64,000 nucleotides of DNA from Nemertoderma westbladi (GCA_032718475.1 JAUCBJ010008697.1:1-64000), one strand, 5' to 3'; shown: positions 50,282 through 63,966, numbered from the stretch's first letter. Made by a program: numbers and translations. Notes: generated by a model not told the origin, from the letters alone.

Positions 50282-51373
50282 CTAAACTCTGATCTTCATT
50301 TCTATTTTCTCCATCGGGACCAAACTCTCAGGGTTAGTGAATGTGAGCCAATAAGTTCCCTCCCAACCCTCCCTACCGTAGACGCCGTTTAGATTGGAGC
50401 GGCTGCACGACCGATACCACCAAGCCCCTCTGCGGGAGTCGGCGGCGCAGTTTCCGGACCAAGCATCGTTATCGCGATCATAGGTTGAGAACGGTTGTCC
50501 ATTGTTAACCCCACCGGGACTCCCGCGAAGTATCGAATCACCAGCTGTACCACTGTACCCAGATATTTGTAGTTTATAGTTATCAGTAGAATCACCGATA
50601 CTGAAGTAATTATACTCGGCGTACTTGTGTTCTCCTCGGGACCAAAGATCGATCCTCAGTTTCACTCCGGCTTTGGTAAGTTTGTGGATGTCGTCTAAAC
50701 CCAGAAAAAACTCGCTCTCCACCTTACCAAAGCCGGTAGTATAACTGATCCATTCGCGAAAGAATTCTTCTGATCCATCTTCCCGCCTCTGTATGACAAT
50801 CCACGGACCTCCAGGGACTGAGTTGTCGCATCTAATGACCCCATTTAGTCCATTAGTATGGCTGACGAAGGTGATGGAACCTACTTCGGTATTTAAACAA
50901 ACCAACACGAGATGAAGCTGCAACAACATTTCCTCTAACTCGTCATTTCTTTCCTTTAGATCCCCAATACTTTCCATGACATGATTATTTTGTATTGTAA
51001 TCTGGTCTTTTATTTCTTTATTATGATTATTTTGTATTGTAATCTGGTCTTTTATTTCTTTATTATGATTATTTTGAATTGTAATCTGGTCTTTTATTTC
51101 TTTATTGTTCTTGTTAGACATCATAACGAACAATGTTGATAGTGCCGCTGTTACTAACAACACTACCAAGATCCCTCCAACAACCCCGACCCACCATCTC
51201 CTAACTGAAACAACTCGTCTCTTAGTAACTGATTTATTGTCACCTTCACTATTCTGTGACGGATTAGCAGGAATCACGTTCTCTGGAATAACTTCATAGA
51301 CACCTTCCGTCGTCCCTGGAAATTCTTCCAGTCGGATTTCTGAATTAATATAACCACCGCCTTGTTGATCCAT
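50282..51373 (-). CDS. Type II membrane fibrinogen-related protein (FReD, FIBCD1-like layout), single exon
   Basis: Short N-terminal tail, TM segment, 14-aa neck repeats (NKEIKDQITIQNNH x3), FBG domain (WIVIQRREDGS, GFG..EFFLGLD, YSGTAGDS, FSTYDRDND, GAWWY..C..SNLNG). Confidence 0.92.
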   Translation of the reverse strand: MDQQGGGYINSEIRLEEFPGTTEGVYEVIPENVIPANPSQNSEGDNKSVTKRRVVSVRRWWVGVVGGILVVLLVTAALSTLFVMMSNKNNKEIKDQITIQNNHNKEIKDQITIQNNHNKEIKDQITIQNNHVMESIGDLKERNDELEEMLLQLHLVLVCLNTEVGSITFVSHTNGLNGVIRCDNSVPGGPWIVIQRREDGSEEFFREWISYTTGFGKVESEFFLGLDDIHKLTKAGVKLRIDLWSRGEHKYAEYNYFSIGDSTDNYKLQISGYSGTAGDSILRGSPGGVNNGQPFSTYDRDNDAWSGNCAADSRRGAWWYRSCSRSNLNGVYGREGWEGTYWLTFTNPESLVPMEKIEMKIRV

Positions 51374-52119
51374 GTTGTAGATGAGTTAATGATTGATTGA
51401 TCAGATAGTACAATGGCAAAGTTATAGCTTAAACTAGTCGACTTTAATAATCTTGATTTAAAAAAACTAATAAATGTTTCGATAGTTTTATGAATTATAA
51501 TAATTTGTATTCTAACTTTACAATAATTAGTAATAAATTACAACTTGTTCGTTAACTGTATGACCAAAATATGAAGGATTATTGTTTTGTTGACTAAGTA
51601 ACCACCGCCAAACCGCTGACCTAATCCTTCAGTTTTCTAAGCCTTTCATATAATACAGTTAAATATTGGCAGAAATTATATTTAATACCAATGGAGGTGA
51701 ATTACATTATTTTACTGGGGCCAACAAACGTATACCATTACTATAGAATTGATCCCTACTATAAAGTTATAACTAACTACTAACTAACATACGAGAGGGA
51801 ATTCACAATAATGTTACTGGAGCCAAGAACTTGCCCATCTTTGTAAATACTTTTCTAATTCTTAGTAGGTGAACAAACATTGTTAATGGATAAACTAGCG
51901 GCCCCAATAATACGTGATATAAACGAATTAATATAACAAAAATGTTAGTGGTTCATATAGGAAGGAAATAAAATTAATGTCGATTTATCAATGAAAAATT
52001 TAGAAAAGTTACAATATATGTCGATATTCAATTGCCTGAGTTTCAGCAGCATGTTTCTAATTATTTGCCAATAAATAATAAATAACACAAGCGAACAAAT
52101 ATTATTACTAGCTGGAATA

Positions 52120-52345
52120 TCCGAAACTTTTACCGAAACGCAACTTTTTACCGAAACGCAACTTTTTACCGAAACGCATCTTTTTTCCCGAATCGCGACT
52201 GTTGCCGAAACGGAACTTTTTAGCCGAATCGCGACTTTTTTTGCCGAAACGCATCCCATCCTTTTTGCAGAAACGCAACTTTTTGCCGAATCGCGACTGT
52301 TGCCGAAACGCGACAGTTGCCGAAACGCGAAGTAACCTTTCGGCA
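52120..52345. repeat. Short degenerate tandem repeat with core ttttt(a/g)ccgaaacgc
   Basis: Repeated ccgaaacgc/ccgaatcgcgac units ~18 bp apart. Confidence 0.7.
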
Positions 52346-52976
52346 ACTGAGCAACTTTGGATTGTAGAAACTCCACGAATTGTTCTTATCTGAGCGAATA
52401 GGTCAATTCTATCATGGACACAAGCTGTATTAACTTGTCTTTACGTACCACATCTGAATTATGATTAACTTTCCTTATAGTGTATTTCTATCGTCCCTGG
52501 AAGTTCTACTCATGTGAAATAGTTGGGGATTAGTATGTACATCAGGTCTACCCGCAGATGTTCAAACATTGTGCCAAATCATCTCGAAACGGATGGACAT
52601 ATTCGTTCCATCCTGGTGGTATAATGGGATACTGTCTATCGGTAGTTTTATTAGATTAGTGGCTTCGTACAAAGCTAATGGTACAGTATAACCATCAATA
52701 AAACTTATTAATTTCAATCCAGTTAAAGTTTTAGTTTATCTTATTACATAAATTCAGATGTGGATTTCAGTTGTTGCTTATATATCATACAATATATCTT
52801 GACTTCTTTCTGAACGGCTTCATGTACTGCTGTAGATAAATAGATTTTGTGGAATCAGAATATCTGATGATATTATAATCATAAATTGGTTTGAATCTTG
52901 AAATTTTTGATTTTTTACACACTTGATATTTTCTCAAGTGTGTATTGAATACACCATGTCCTGGAATATAGTGTCG

Positions 52977-53381
52977 TTATTCAGATACCTGCCCCCCCCC
53001 CCCTTTTATCTGGTCTTTTATTTCTTTATTATGATTATTTTGAATTGTAATCTGGTCTTTTAATTCTTTATTATAATTATTTTGAATTGTAATCTGGTCT
53101 TTTAATTCTTTATTGTTCTTGTTAGACATCATAACAAACAATGTTGATAGTGCCGCTGTTACTAACAACACTACCAAGATCCCACCAACAACCCAAACCC
53201 ACGATCTCCTAACTGAAACAACTCGTCTCTCAGTAACGGCGTTATTGCGTGCTATAACATTCTGTGACGTATGTTGTGGAATCGCGTTATCCGATATGAC
53301 GTCATAGGCACCTTCCGGTGATCCTGCTGGAATTTCCTCCATGCTAATTTCTGTATCGCTATATATTCCATGATGAGCCAT
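52977..53381 (-). pseudogene. Truncated paralog of the FReD gene (tail, TM and neck only)
   Basis: Near-identical TM/neck to 51040-51220; homology stops at a G11 run before the FBG domain. Confidence 0.7.
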
Positions 53382-56306
53382 GTTCAGTTAATTGATGTTT
53401 TGGATAACAAAGCTACTAGTAAAGTTTGTTGTTGGTATAAAGTTTATTGCTTTATGAGATTTCGGTTAATTTCGAGAATTTTTAGGGGGTTAAATATAAT
53501 TTCATATGTAAAACATTTATTTCGCTTTTTTTTTATTGTTACGCTATTTATTTTAGCATCCCCTTCGATCGTGCATCCAATCTATGTAAGTTAGTGTATT
53601 TCTACCGTACACATTATTACAGTAACACAACGTAACTAGGTAGTCTCTATACATTATGTAAATACAATAACAACAACAAACAATGTATATAGGTTGTTAC
53701 GGTATATGGCGCTGTACACATTATTAGCCATTATACAGTATAATATATTGGTTCATTATACAGTATAATATATTAGTCCATTATACTGTACGCAATATTA
53801 GTCCGTTATGCAATATAATTATTTAGATAAGGCATAATAGCGCAGTGACATTTTGATAAGGAAATTGAAACGCCCATAAATTTTGAATTCATCCATTTTG
53901 TATAGTATGTAGCCCTACCTATGTAATTTTGTATTAGGATATAAGTAGATAGTTCCAGGGTAGCAAGTTCAGTTGGACCCTGGATTTTGAGCTTGCTGTT
54001 ATTAGTCTTGATGGGCTAGCTATCACGGGTTCGATTTTCTATAATTGCGCTAAATTAACGTTTGTACATCATGTTATTAGTACCGCTAAATTAAGCATCG
54101 GCAAAATTACCTTATATGGTGACGTTTAGGGGGGTTAGGGCTACAATCCGGCTTTCTTATTGGACTAACTGCTTCCAGGTTGGTCTAATGCTAGCGCGGA
54201 TTGGAGAGCCAATGAGAGAGCGATTGCATCACCCCACTCGGATCACCTATAAATTGGCTGTTTGCCGGTAGAGCTGTACCTATATCATCCTGCCTACTGT
54301 ACCCCTACAACACCAACCCCAATTTTATTCTGTGTTAAGTATTAGGAGTACAATTTTGTGCGTATTTTCTGCATTTCTACCTTTTGATCAATTTTCTTGG
54401 AATGATTCGTTAGTGTTATTATTCTTAACTGTGTTTCTCAATCAATCCCAATGATTACTGCTAATTACAACCGGAACTATGATTTCTACCTCTTTCGTTA
54501 ATGGTTCTATGTAATTCATTTCGACGCAATAATCCTACGGGATTTCTGAGACTGTCAGACTTGTGATTTGCATGCGCCGCTACGGTAGCTATTCAATAAA
54601 TGGAGGGCTAAGGTGCCAGTAAGCGGTGGGCGCATCGGGGGGTTAGCGACGAAGGGAGTGCGGAGGATTCAAAGGCGGGCAACGCTGGCGGGGGGTCAAC
54701 GTTGTGGTCGGGCAACTTGGACTGTAGGTAGAGACCGCTCGCTGGTACGGTAATTAGGGGGCTGATGATCCAGGTCTTGTCTCTATTTAGTATTAGGGGG
54801 GCAGGAATTGGGTTAGTTAGGAAGCCTAGATGTACCTGGGAGGGGCCTGCATACCTTACAGTAAGTTGCGAATTAGTCAATTGCGAATTATTATGTTGCG
54901 AATTATATAATTGCAGATTGTATAATTGCAAGTTGTGCTATTGTGATCTGTGATTGCTGATGCTGATTGGTGTGTCACTGAAGTGTGCCTATGATTACGA
55001 ATGCTTAGGTAGGCGCCCCTTTCTCTTTGATTGATTTCTATTTCTTAGTTACAACAAATAATTACTGATTAGGTCAAAGTAATACGGCATTTTAGGCTAT
55101 TACTAGCGAAACCTGTTGCGTAATAAATTTGAATTACGCATTCTGGAACTCTTAGTAATTAGTACGCTGTTATATATTTGTGACTGTAATTGATTAGTAA
55201 AATTAAGAATTAGTACGCAGCATAGCGGAGAGTAGCTAAGGTAATAATTTAGAGTACTGTAAACTATTCACGCTGAGCGGTTATTTGCATTAGCGGGCAA
55301 TATCGCAGTAGTCAGTACGCAAGACACTAGTAGATTGCTGGCCTAAAGCCAGCTGCAGGCAAGTTTAGACCCAGAGCGGTACTACCCACGTAGAGACAAA
55401 ATACTGTACCAATTTTGATTATTTTAAATATTCTCGCATTCATACATTCCGTTAGGGAACCCCCAGTATTCGCGATTAGAAAAGACGTAGGCATTATCGT
55501 ATTTCAATAGTAAAATTAGGCGTAAGAATATACTCTGAGTGCAAAGCCTCTCGCACTCGTCTTAAGTAAGCTTAGGGAGCCGACTCGGGTTTATTGTTTT
55601 GGTTATTCCCGCGTGGCTCATAGATTCGAACAGTTAGCTCTCTGTCGAGCGATCGGTAGAGAAAGGAACAAGCGATTTTGCAGGAGCCGTGTAAATTTAG
55701 TAAAATATATTAGCGGACGGCAGATTAGCGCCATCCAATGGTAAGTAGCGGTTTTGTATTTAGCAGCCTTTACATTTTAGTAATAGCACGCTCCTGATCC
55801 CCTTTACTTAACAGTAGAGCAGTCTTTGTGTCTTATTGGTTAGGCGAGAACTCATTAGGTTGGCAGAGAAGTATACGGGTATTTGTCTGTTCAACAGTTC
55901 TGCTGTCAGTATAGGGGTCGCGCCAGATTAACATAGGTATTGTAGGGCGAGCCACAAAGTAATAAGAACCTTAGCGTAGGGGTACCATTAATTGACTGTC
56001 TGAGAGTTCACGGTACTCTCTCTGTATTGGATCCGGCGATCTGGATATCTGGATCGCAGCTGAACGCCCAGCTGATCGGATCTGGACTTCTGTGGGTTCG
56101 GGGGTCGTTTCCAAGACGGACAGCTGTTCGCGAGTCAGTCTCAACTTCTCCGGAACGAGTTTACCTTCTACAGCCAGTCGCGCCTTCATGGATGCGTAGT
56201 GGTGGTAAACCTCGAGCTGTGATTGGTTCAAGCGATCGTGTAGGGATAGTGCTACTGCATGGCTGCGTTGGTTGTCTCGGCTCTTGACTACTACTTGACT
56301 TGGTTG

Positions 56307-56855
56307 CTAAATCGAAGCTACATGGGAAGTTCCGCCATAATTTGGAGGCAGGTCATTTGACTCTAAATCCGGGTCATAAGTTTGTAGACGATTGATGGTC
56401 TCCCTTACCCCATACATATAAGCGGTTTCTATCAAATCACCATAACTAAAAGGCAAGGAAGGTGGCCGAAACAACCTTTTAGGTAAAGGAAAGAATCCCA
56501 TAGCCATCTGGTCCCCCTGACTCGTTGCATCCAATCTTCTCATAGTGTATGGATTTGAGTTCGCGTGTGTTTCAAAATACACCAGATTTGTAATCTGTTC
56601 AGAGCTAGTATTAGCACATTTGGGAGAACATCTAGATGTTGCGCCAGGTCCCCATACTCGACAAATACTGCATATCTCTACCAGCTGTGTACATGCCATA
56701 ATATAATGGCCATCAATATTGCAGTATGGACAGTATACAGGTATTCTTCTGGTGAAACACTTCCCTGATGGAAGCTTGGAAATAGATATATTTTTAGATT
56801 CAGGACAGTCTGATCTGCCACAACGAGTGCATCCAGACATTTCTACCACATTCAT
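56307..56855 (-). CDS. Zinc-knuckle part of the second element's 3' accessory ORF (N-terminal part at ~58272-58830, split by an RTE)
   Basis: CTRCGRSDC..C, YCPYCNIDGHYIMACTQL, CSICRVWGP..C; same spacing as 13275-13475. Confidence 0.6.
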   Translation of the reverse strand: MNVVEMSGCTRCGRSDCPESKNISISKLPSGKCFTRRIPVYCPYCNIDGHYIMACTQLVEICSICRVWGPGATSRCSPKCANTSSEQITNLVYFETHANSNPYTMRRLDATSQGDQMAMGFFPLPKRLFRPPSLPFSYGDLIETAYMYGVRETINRLQTYDPDLESNDLPPNYGGTSHVASI

Positions 56856-56919
56856 AAGATATATATCTTCTGTTTCTCATTAGCGACTATTGAAGAGTTA
56901 GTGATCTCAATTGATTACA

Positions 56920-58270
56920 TTGATCTCAATTGCTGCAAAGCTATACAATAGAATTATATTAAATCGCATCAGGGATCCCATTGAGAGACTGCTCCGTGGA
57001 AATCAGAATGGGTTCCGTAAAGGTCGTGGGACCATGGAGCCCATTTTGGCACTTAGAAGGATAATTGAAGAGTTATCAAAAAGGAAAGACAGGCATCTGG
57101 CTGTTATCTTTGTTGACTTCTTCAAGGCCTTTGATTCAGTCTCTCGCTCACGTATGTTCAGCATACTTTCATTATATGGGATTCCTGATGAAATTATTGC
57201 AGCAATCAGATCATTATACGATGGTTCGACAACATTAATTGTGTCTACTGTTGACGGTGACAGAGAACCATTTGAAGTGTTATGGGTGTCCTCCAGGGAG
57301 ACGCACTTGCACCATTCTTGTTCATAGTTGTTGTTGACTATGTTCTACGCATGTCCTTAGATCATCATAATGATGATGGGGTGATGATAACTCCACCTAC
57401 TGGCTCCAGAAGTCGAGGAAATCCTGCCAAGTACCTAACTGATCTAGACTTTGCTGATGACTTAGGAGTACTCTCAGAATCACTAGAGGGAGCCCAACGG
57501 CTCCTCAGCTCATTAGAACATGCTGATTCTAGTGTTGGTCTTTTTATTAACTCCAGAAAGACCAAAATTTTGACAGTTAACTTTGAAAGTCCTCAGCAAG
57601 TCTCTGATCGGATGAGCATAAGCTCAAAAGATGGTATGCTTGAGCATGTGGATGAATTCTGTTACCTGGGATCATGGATCCGGAAGTCATGTGAGGACCT
57701 TCGAATACGTAAGGGAAAGGCATGGGCAGCCTTGAATAGGCTTTTCAGGATTTGGAAGTCACCGAGAATTAATCGGAAACTTAAGGTCCGATTATTTAGA
57801 GCAGCAGTAGTTCCAGTACTCCTCTATGGGAGTCCATGCTGGGCTCTAACTGCTGAGGACACCAAATCTATAGATGGCACATTCACAGGAATGCTACGCC
57901 GGGTTCATTGTGTCAAGTACAATGCACACATCTCCAACCAGACACTATATAACATTGGAGGTGTCTCATTGGTTCCCCCAAGCTTGACACTAGAACAAAA
58001 TCGCCTCCGCTTTGCAGGACATTGCTTTCGCTGTGAGGACCAGCCAGTGCATAATCTTGTACTTTGGCAGCCTCATGGAGTGAATAAGCATGGTGGACAG
58101 CCCATGACTTTCTTGAGACGCATCTTAAAGGACACTGGACTTGAAGATGCGGATGATCTAGCAAATGTCATGGGTGATAGGGAGTTGTGGCGGTGCAATT
58201 TTGTCGATAAGCCGGCACAGCATTTTTAAAAATGCAGCTGTAATGCAGTATGCCGATCCTAGTAGTAGTA
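56920..58270 (+). mobile_element. 5'-truncated RTE-clade LINE with (TAG)n tail, nested in the second BEL/Pao element
   Basis: QNGFRKGR, FVDFFKAFDSV, GVLQGDALAPFLF, DFADDL, YLGS, RFAGH; one frameshift near 57280; tail CTAGTAGTAGTAG at 58259-58271. Confidence 0.93.
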
Positions 58271-59751
58271 GCATTGTTTTTCTTCTATCATTCGTTTCTG
58301 CTGGATGTGGCGGAAGGTCTCAAAAGTTTGGTGATTGTACCAAGATGTTATATGAAAAAGGTCTGATCTTTGTTGCATTGGAGACACTATTTCAGTTGTT
58401 TTGACTTCATATGTAGTGGGCTGCAAAGGTGAAGTATCAATGGATATTGATACTGGTGTTGGATCTGCGGGGGCATCGGAATACCATCTATCCGAATCTT
58501 CACTCAAAGCAGTCACTGGCTGTAAATGGTGTGGATTAGGTTCTCTGTAAAACTTGGAAGGATATATTTTATACTTGTATTTACTAGGGCTGGTAAATGT
58601 GCCTGGTGGTTCTGATAACCCTCCCCTTAGGTTAAAATTAGGAGTCAAACATCTGTTGACTTTGGCAGGTATACCTCTTGACTTTGGACGGGGTTTGTGT
58701 CGTTTGAGAGTAGACTTCAGTCGGAGTCTTTGTGATGACTTGTGTGTCGGTTCATGTTTAGTCTCCGATGGCGCTTTTATCCTAAGAGCCACTGGCGGAG
58801 GGTTATTCTTTAACAAGGAGTAATCCATATCAATTATATTGGTATCAGTGACAATATTATATATATCTAAGCAGTATAAATAAAACACAAGAGATAAATA
58901 TCTAACTTTCTGGTTAATACAATTACAATATCTTCTAGCGTAAATAGTATAGGTATGCACATCACAATAACAACAACAACATAAAAGAACATTCAACATT
59001 TATCTTTCAATTATTCACCAACATTCTCTGTTGATATTAAACAAAGCACCTTAATTATCATTTGCAATATTCAGGAAATAATCGTCATTCATCTTCCCTA
59101 GCAACCTTGTGGCAAAGGTATATTTTGTAGGTTTTGTCAACTTTATGGCAAATCCCTTAAAGCCATAGATTTTTGGACTCATTCAGTTCTTGAAGAACAT
59201 ACTCAGCAGGAACCATCCATGGAACCTGTAGAAATCATATAATATATTCACAGAGATGCTTCCAGAGAATAACACTGTCCTCTCCATTGACATTCTGACA
59301 TATATTTTCTCCCCTTTCTTAAGCTAGCTCCATACTCATCAGAAAGAACAGCATTTGGACCTAAGTCCGAAGCAGAACATTATCATTAGCATTATCTTAT
59401 TCAACTTATCAACATAAGCATAAGCATACCATTATTAATTATGATACATTGCTGTCATCTTTCATCAGATTCATTGTATTGTAGTATCTAGTATGTTTCC
59501 TGTTTTATCATTCCTATCCTTTTCCCGACATCCTTTACCCACATCATACATTTGCTTTCCACATCTCCATAATGAAGTGACGAGAGAGTAAATCTCCTGT
59601 GGCCATTTGTTATTGATAGTTCATGATATACCATAATATTGGTAAATCTTGTCATAATTCTAGAATATGTCACAATCCATTGGTGATGTTTGATTTCAAA
59701 TTTCTTTCATAATTTTTAATATAGTTAATCCTTGTTATTGAAAATATACTC

Positions 59752-60963
59752 TTAATTTACTAGTTTCACTTTGTTATCCTCCATACCAGGTCTTGTTACG
59801 GATTCATCCTCATCATCACAATTCTCGAGAGGGCATAGTTTGGATACTGGTCGCTGGAATGTACCACTTGCTGTCTTAATAGTTACAGTCCGAACAATTC
59901 CATCTTCTCCGGGATGAACTTCTATCACTCGGGCCATAGGCCATCTTGTTCTATCAAAATTTTCTTCTACTAATAATACAAGGTCTCCTTTTCTTACATT
60001 CCTCTTAGCTGAATGCCATTTCTTTCGTGATCTCAAAGTTATTATATATTGTTTTAGCCATACACGCCACCAGTGAGCAGATAATACCTGTGCCCTTTTC
60101 CAATCTGCAATCCGTAGACGCTGTTCTGGAAACAACTCCTCTGGTAGGATGTTAATTCCCGGTTTTCCTAGAAGGTGGTTTGGTGTAAGTGTATCAAAGT
60201 CAGTGGGATCATTAGTGATTGGCACTAATGGACGATTGTTTAATGTCGCTTCAATTTCACAGAGTATAGTTCTTAAAGAGTCTTCTGTGATATGAGTATC
60301 ACCTATTGCAATTCTTAGCGCTCCTTTAACCATTCCTACTAGACGTTCCCATACACCACTGGTGTGTGGTGCAACTGGAGTTTGAAAACGCCATTCTATT
60401 GCATATTGGTCTTGAAATCGCCGTAAATTGGATTCTTGGAACCATTCCGAAACAGTTTCCCGTAAGACTCGTTCACCACCTACAAAGTTTGTTCTATTAT
60501 CGCTATACATCATTTTTACATTCCCACATCGTGTAACAAACCTGCGTAGCGCGTTGATGAATGCCTTCCCAGTTTGATTATATACTATATCTAGATATAT
60601 TGCCCTTGATCTAAAACAGGTAGAAATAACGCCCCAGCGCTTGACAGTTGTCCTCCCTTGAACCACTGAGAATGGTCCTTAACATTCTACACCTGTGGTA
60701 CTGAATGGAGGTCGATTTGGCTTAAGTCTCTCGGATGGTAAATCTGACATTCTCTGAGTTAGTGGTAGTGCCAGGTAGCGTCTACATACTAAACAATGCT
60801 TCAAAATCTTTCTAATTATTGTATTAATCCCAGTTATCCAGAACCTCTGCCTGATCTGTACAGTAAACCAGTTCTGTCCTGAATGTAGATTTCTTTCATG
60901 ATAGTGCCGTACTATGAGTAGAGCTAGTGGTGACTTCCCAGGAATGATAATAGGGTTCTTGGT
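59752..60963 (-). pseudogene. BEL/Pao integrase and C-terminal (DUF5641-like) domain, stop near 60680
   Basis: HHCC, DDE and BEL C-terminal motifs; in-frame stop in TGVEC*GPF. Confidence 0.9.
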
Positions 60964-60964
60964 G

Positions 60965-63050
60965 GGATAAATATTTCTCCATTTGACGCAACACCGCCGC
61001 GGCCGCTATGAGGGAGGTGAATACCGCGGCCGCTCCTAAAGCCGCAGGCCATCGCTAACTATATAGGTTAACTTGGGATTCTGGGGGACTTTTCGATGAA
61101 GGAACTGACCAAATTTTTTTATTTTCTCACCAGGGGAGCGGCTCGGAATTCTAAGATATTAGCAACTTTAACATTATTAAATCTAACCCTTTGACGGACA
61201 CGGCGGACAAAAAACCGTCATTTTTTCGACAATTTTAAAATTTTTTTGAAAGGCGCTCTACAGTGGCTCGAAAAAACCCTAGGTTATTGCTTAGCCGACG
61301 CCGGGATACGATAGAAGGGATTAATTAGTGAATTCGTTTTTTTTTTCAAAAAAGATTACCACGCCTTTTTTTCCGAAAATGTCCGTCAAAGTTGAAAAAA
61401 CGGACAAAATGACTTTGCGGGATCCGCTATAACTCGGCTAATATTAATCGTACGGGGACAAAAGTAACGCGGTTGGAAAGGGGAAGAGTGGTACTACCTT
61501 CGTATCGAATGGGGGTAAGATATTTATTAAAATTTCGGGTGGAAAAAGGGGCTGTAAATTTGTACGTTTTTGTCCGTCTTTTTTGGAAAACTTATTATTT
61601 TGGAAAAGTTTAATTCGACAACGCGGGTAGGAATCCACTAATTCTTTTATGAAACTCGTAGAAGACCATTGGGGCTACGTTCCTATCGAATGGGGGTACA
61701 AAAAATATGTCAGAAATAGGGGCCAAAAAGGGCCAGAATTTGTAAAGTAGTTTTTATCGAATAACTTTTTATTTTTAACTTTAGTTGGTTAAGGTACATT
61801 CTATACAATCAATATCTATACGGGGAATTCAAATAATGCTATCGGTTTTGCTCCAAGGATGATATTAAAAAAATGAGGGCCAAAATTATAATTTAGCGCT
61901 TTAAACTTGCTTCGCGGGAAATCGTCTAGCTCGAAAAATACTTAACTTACGGGAGATTTGTTTACACAGACTTATAGTGCGTTAAATTATCTATCTAACA
62001 GCGTTAATCACAGCGCCGGAGGTATTATAAAACTGGAGCGGCAGGCGATCGTGTGAAATATAATATTTATAAAAAGGGACGAAAAATTGTTTTTTTAACA
62101 AAACGCTATTCCATTATAATTTAGCGTATTGCGCCAAAAGTACCTGTAAAAAGTATCAAATTAACTCCGCTATCTTTTATCTTAACATATATAATTAAAA
62201 TTACGAATTTTAAGGGTCGAAAAATATCGCGTTATTTTGGCCCTTTTTTTTAATTTTTTTGGGGCCAAAAATAACCCCTTCTCAAAAGATTTAGAAAAAA
62301 ATTACGGCAAAGAATATACCAATTTTATTGAATTTGGACCACCAGAACCGAAGTTAGAACGATTTTAGTGAAAAAATAAAAATAATTTTTTTTGCAAAAA
62401 AATTAAGGATAGTCAGGTCAATATTGGATTTCGAACCCGCGAACTTAGGTTTCATTAACGTGATTGATAACCACTAGACTATGTGACCAAGTGAATTTGA
62501 AATTTTCGAGTGACTATTTTTAAACATAAATAACTTTGGTTCTACAGGGCCGTTTAATCTGAAACTTTTTTCATTGGATAGAGAATAGATCGTAGTGTGT
62601 GAAATAGGATAAAACTTGGGAAAAGACTTATGTGCACTTAGTGCAAAATGCACTTAAATAGTGAACATTTTTTCGATATTTCAAACACTATTATTTCCAA
62701 TTCTATTCATCGTAGAATGTTATTTTTTGGATTAAAATGTAGTTTGGAATGATTTCTAACTATAATCGTAACATTTGTTTAACTTTTTATGTCTATAAAG
62801 TGACTTAAAATGTCCATGAATATGGTCCAAAATCGCAAATCCAGATTTATTAAATTGGATTTTTGACACTTTTAGCGACTGACACTTGATCATACACCAT
62901 CGTAGATCGGTAGAGGATAAACATAAGTTTGTTAAATAAGAGCCACCATTACGATCTGCTAAAGTGCACTTGTACAAATAAGTGTGCAAAAGTGCAAATT
63001 TTTTAATAAGGTCAAATTATATAGTATTGGGTTCTTTTCGTTGCAGATAC
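60965..63050. mobile_element. Probable non-autonomous DNA-transposon-like repeat truncating the BEL integrase
   Basis: Abrupt end of the integrase frame; inverted repeat CTTTGACGGACA (61189) / TGTCCGTCAAAG (61380); A/T-run-rich body. Boundaries unclear. Confidence 0.35.
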
Positions 63051-63878
63051 TTTATTTTCATATTAATATGTTGTTTGAACCTTACTGAGCGCATTAGGGG
63101 ATATGCATACAAATAACCGGCCCTTATGAGGCTTCGATTGGGTAAATTAATAAAACATAAGGTTGTATAGTATAATATTATAAAAACCAGTGTGATATTA
63201 TATGCACTTAAAACAATAAATAGAGATCAAACAACAAATGGACCACACAATTAAAAACTCGCACAATATTGTACTTATTATATCGCTTCAAATTAATTCA
63301 ACAGTGGATATTTGGGGGAAGGGGGAAGTTACAGTGTGCATTCGGGGGAAGTTTGGTGAACTGCATTTATGCAGTGAATCCAAACTTCCCCCTTTGATAT
63401 ATCATATACTTAAGACATGCTAGGGTGACGGGGAAATATTTGTTACTGTCACACTTTGCTTCCATTTATCCTATCCTTTATTATTACCCCAGTCAGATAA
63501 GAGATAATAAATCTGTAAAAACTAAACTAAACTGTCTTTCATGCAAACAAATTTCTAACTAAAGACGGGTGAATGACCATGACCATGGAAATAATTTTAA
63601 ATATAATTGTATATCAACTATTTGGGGAGGCTTCCAAGTTAAACCCGAAAACAATTATTTTGTTACATATATAGTAAATAACGTTGTATTTTCTTCTTCC
63701 TCTCATAATAAAATATAAATGAAATATCTCAGATCGCTATGCCCTGTAACATTTCACAACCAAAATATTTAAGTGTGAAAAGTGAAGGCCTACCACACTC
63801 CGCCCAAACAACCGCAAACGCATAGCCAACAAATTTAACAAAAGGTTACATACATGTTTGGTTCATGACGAGATGAGT

Positions 63879-63966
63879 GAAAATTGATCGCGTAATATAA
63901 AGTAAAAAATTAAGAGACGGGCGAAAATTGATCGCGTAATATAAAGTAAAAAATTAAGAGACGGGC
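63879..63966. repeat. Exact 44-bp tandem duplication
   Basis: GAAAATTGATCGCGTAATATAAAGTAAAAAATTAAGAGACGGGC twice. Confidence 0.9.

Larger units (their letters stand above)
54072..60963 (-). mobile_element. Second BEL/Pao element, 3' remnant (integrase, accessory ORF, probable 3' LTR)
   Basis: Integrase HYHERNLHSG..CFVC..RMSDLP..SDNRTNF..WERLV..IEATLNNRPL..LTPNHLL..WP MARV..RPVSKLCPLE; purine tract AAAGGGGATCAGGAGCG then TGCTATTA at 55788 (minus). Left LTR boundary uncertain. Confidence 0.7.

Noticed and set aside
51945-52393. 143-aa and 63-aa ORFs
   Set aside because: Generated by the short ccgaaacgc tandem repeat.
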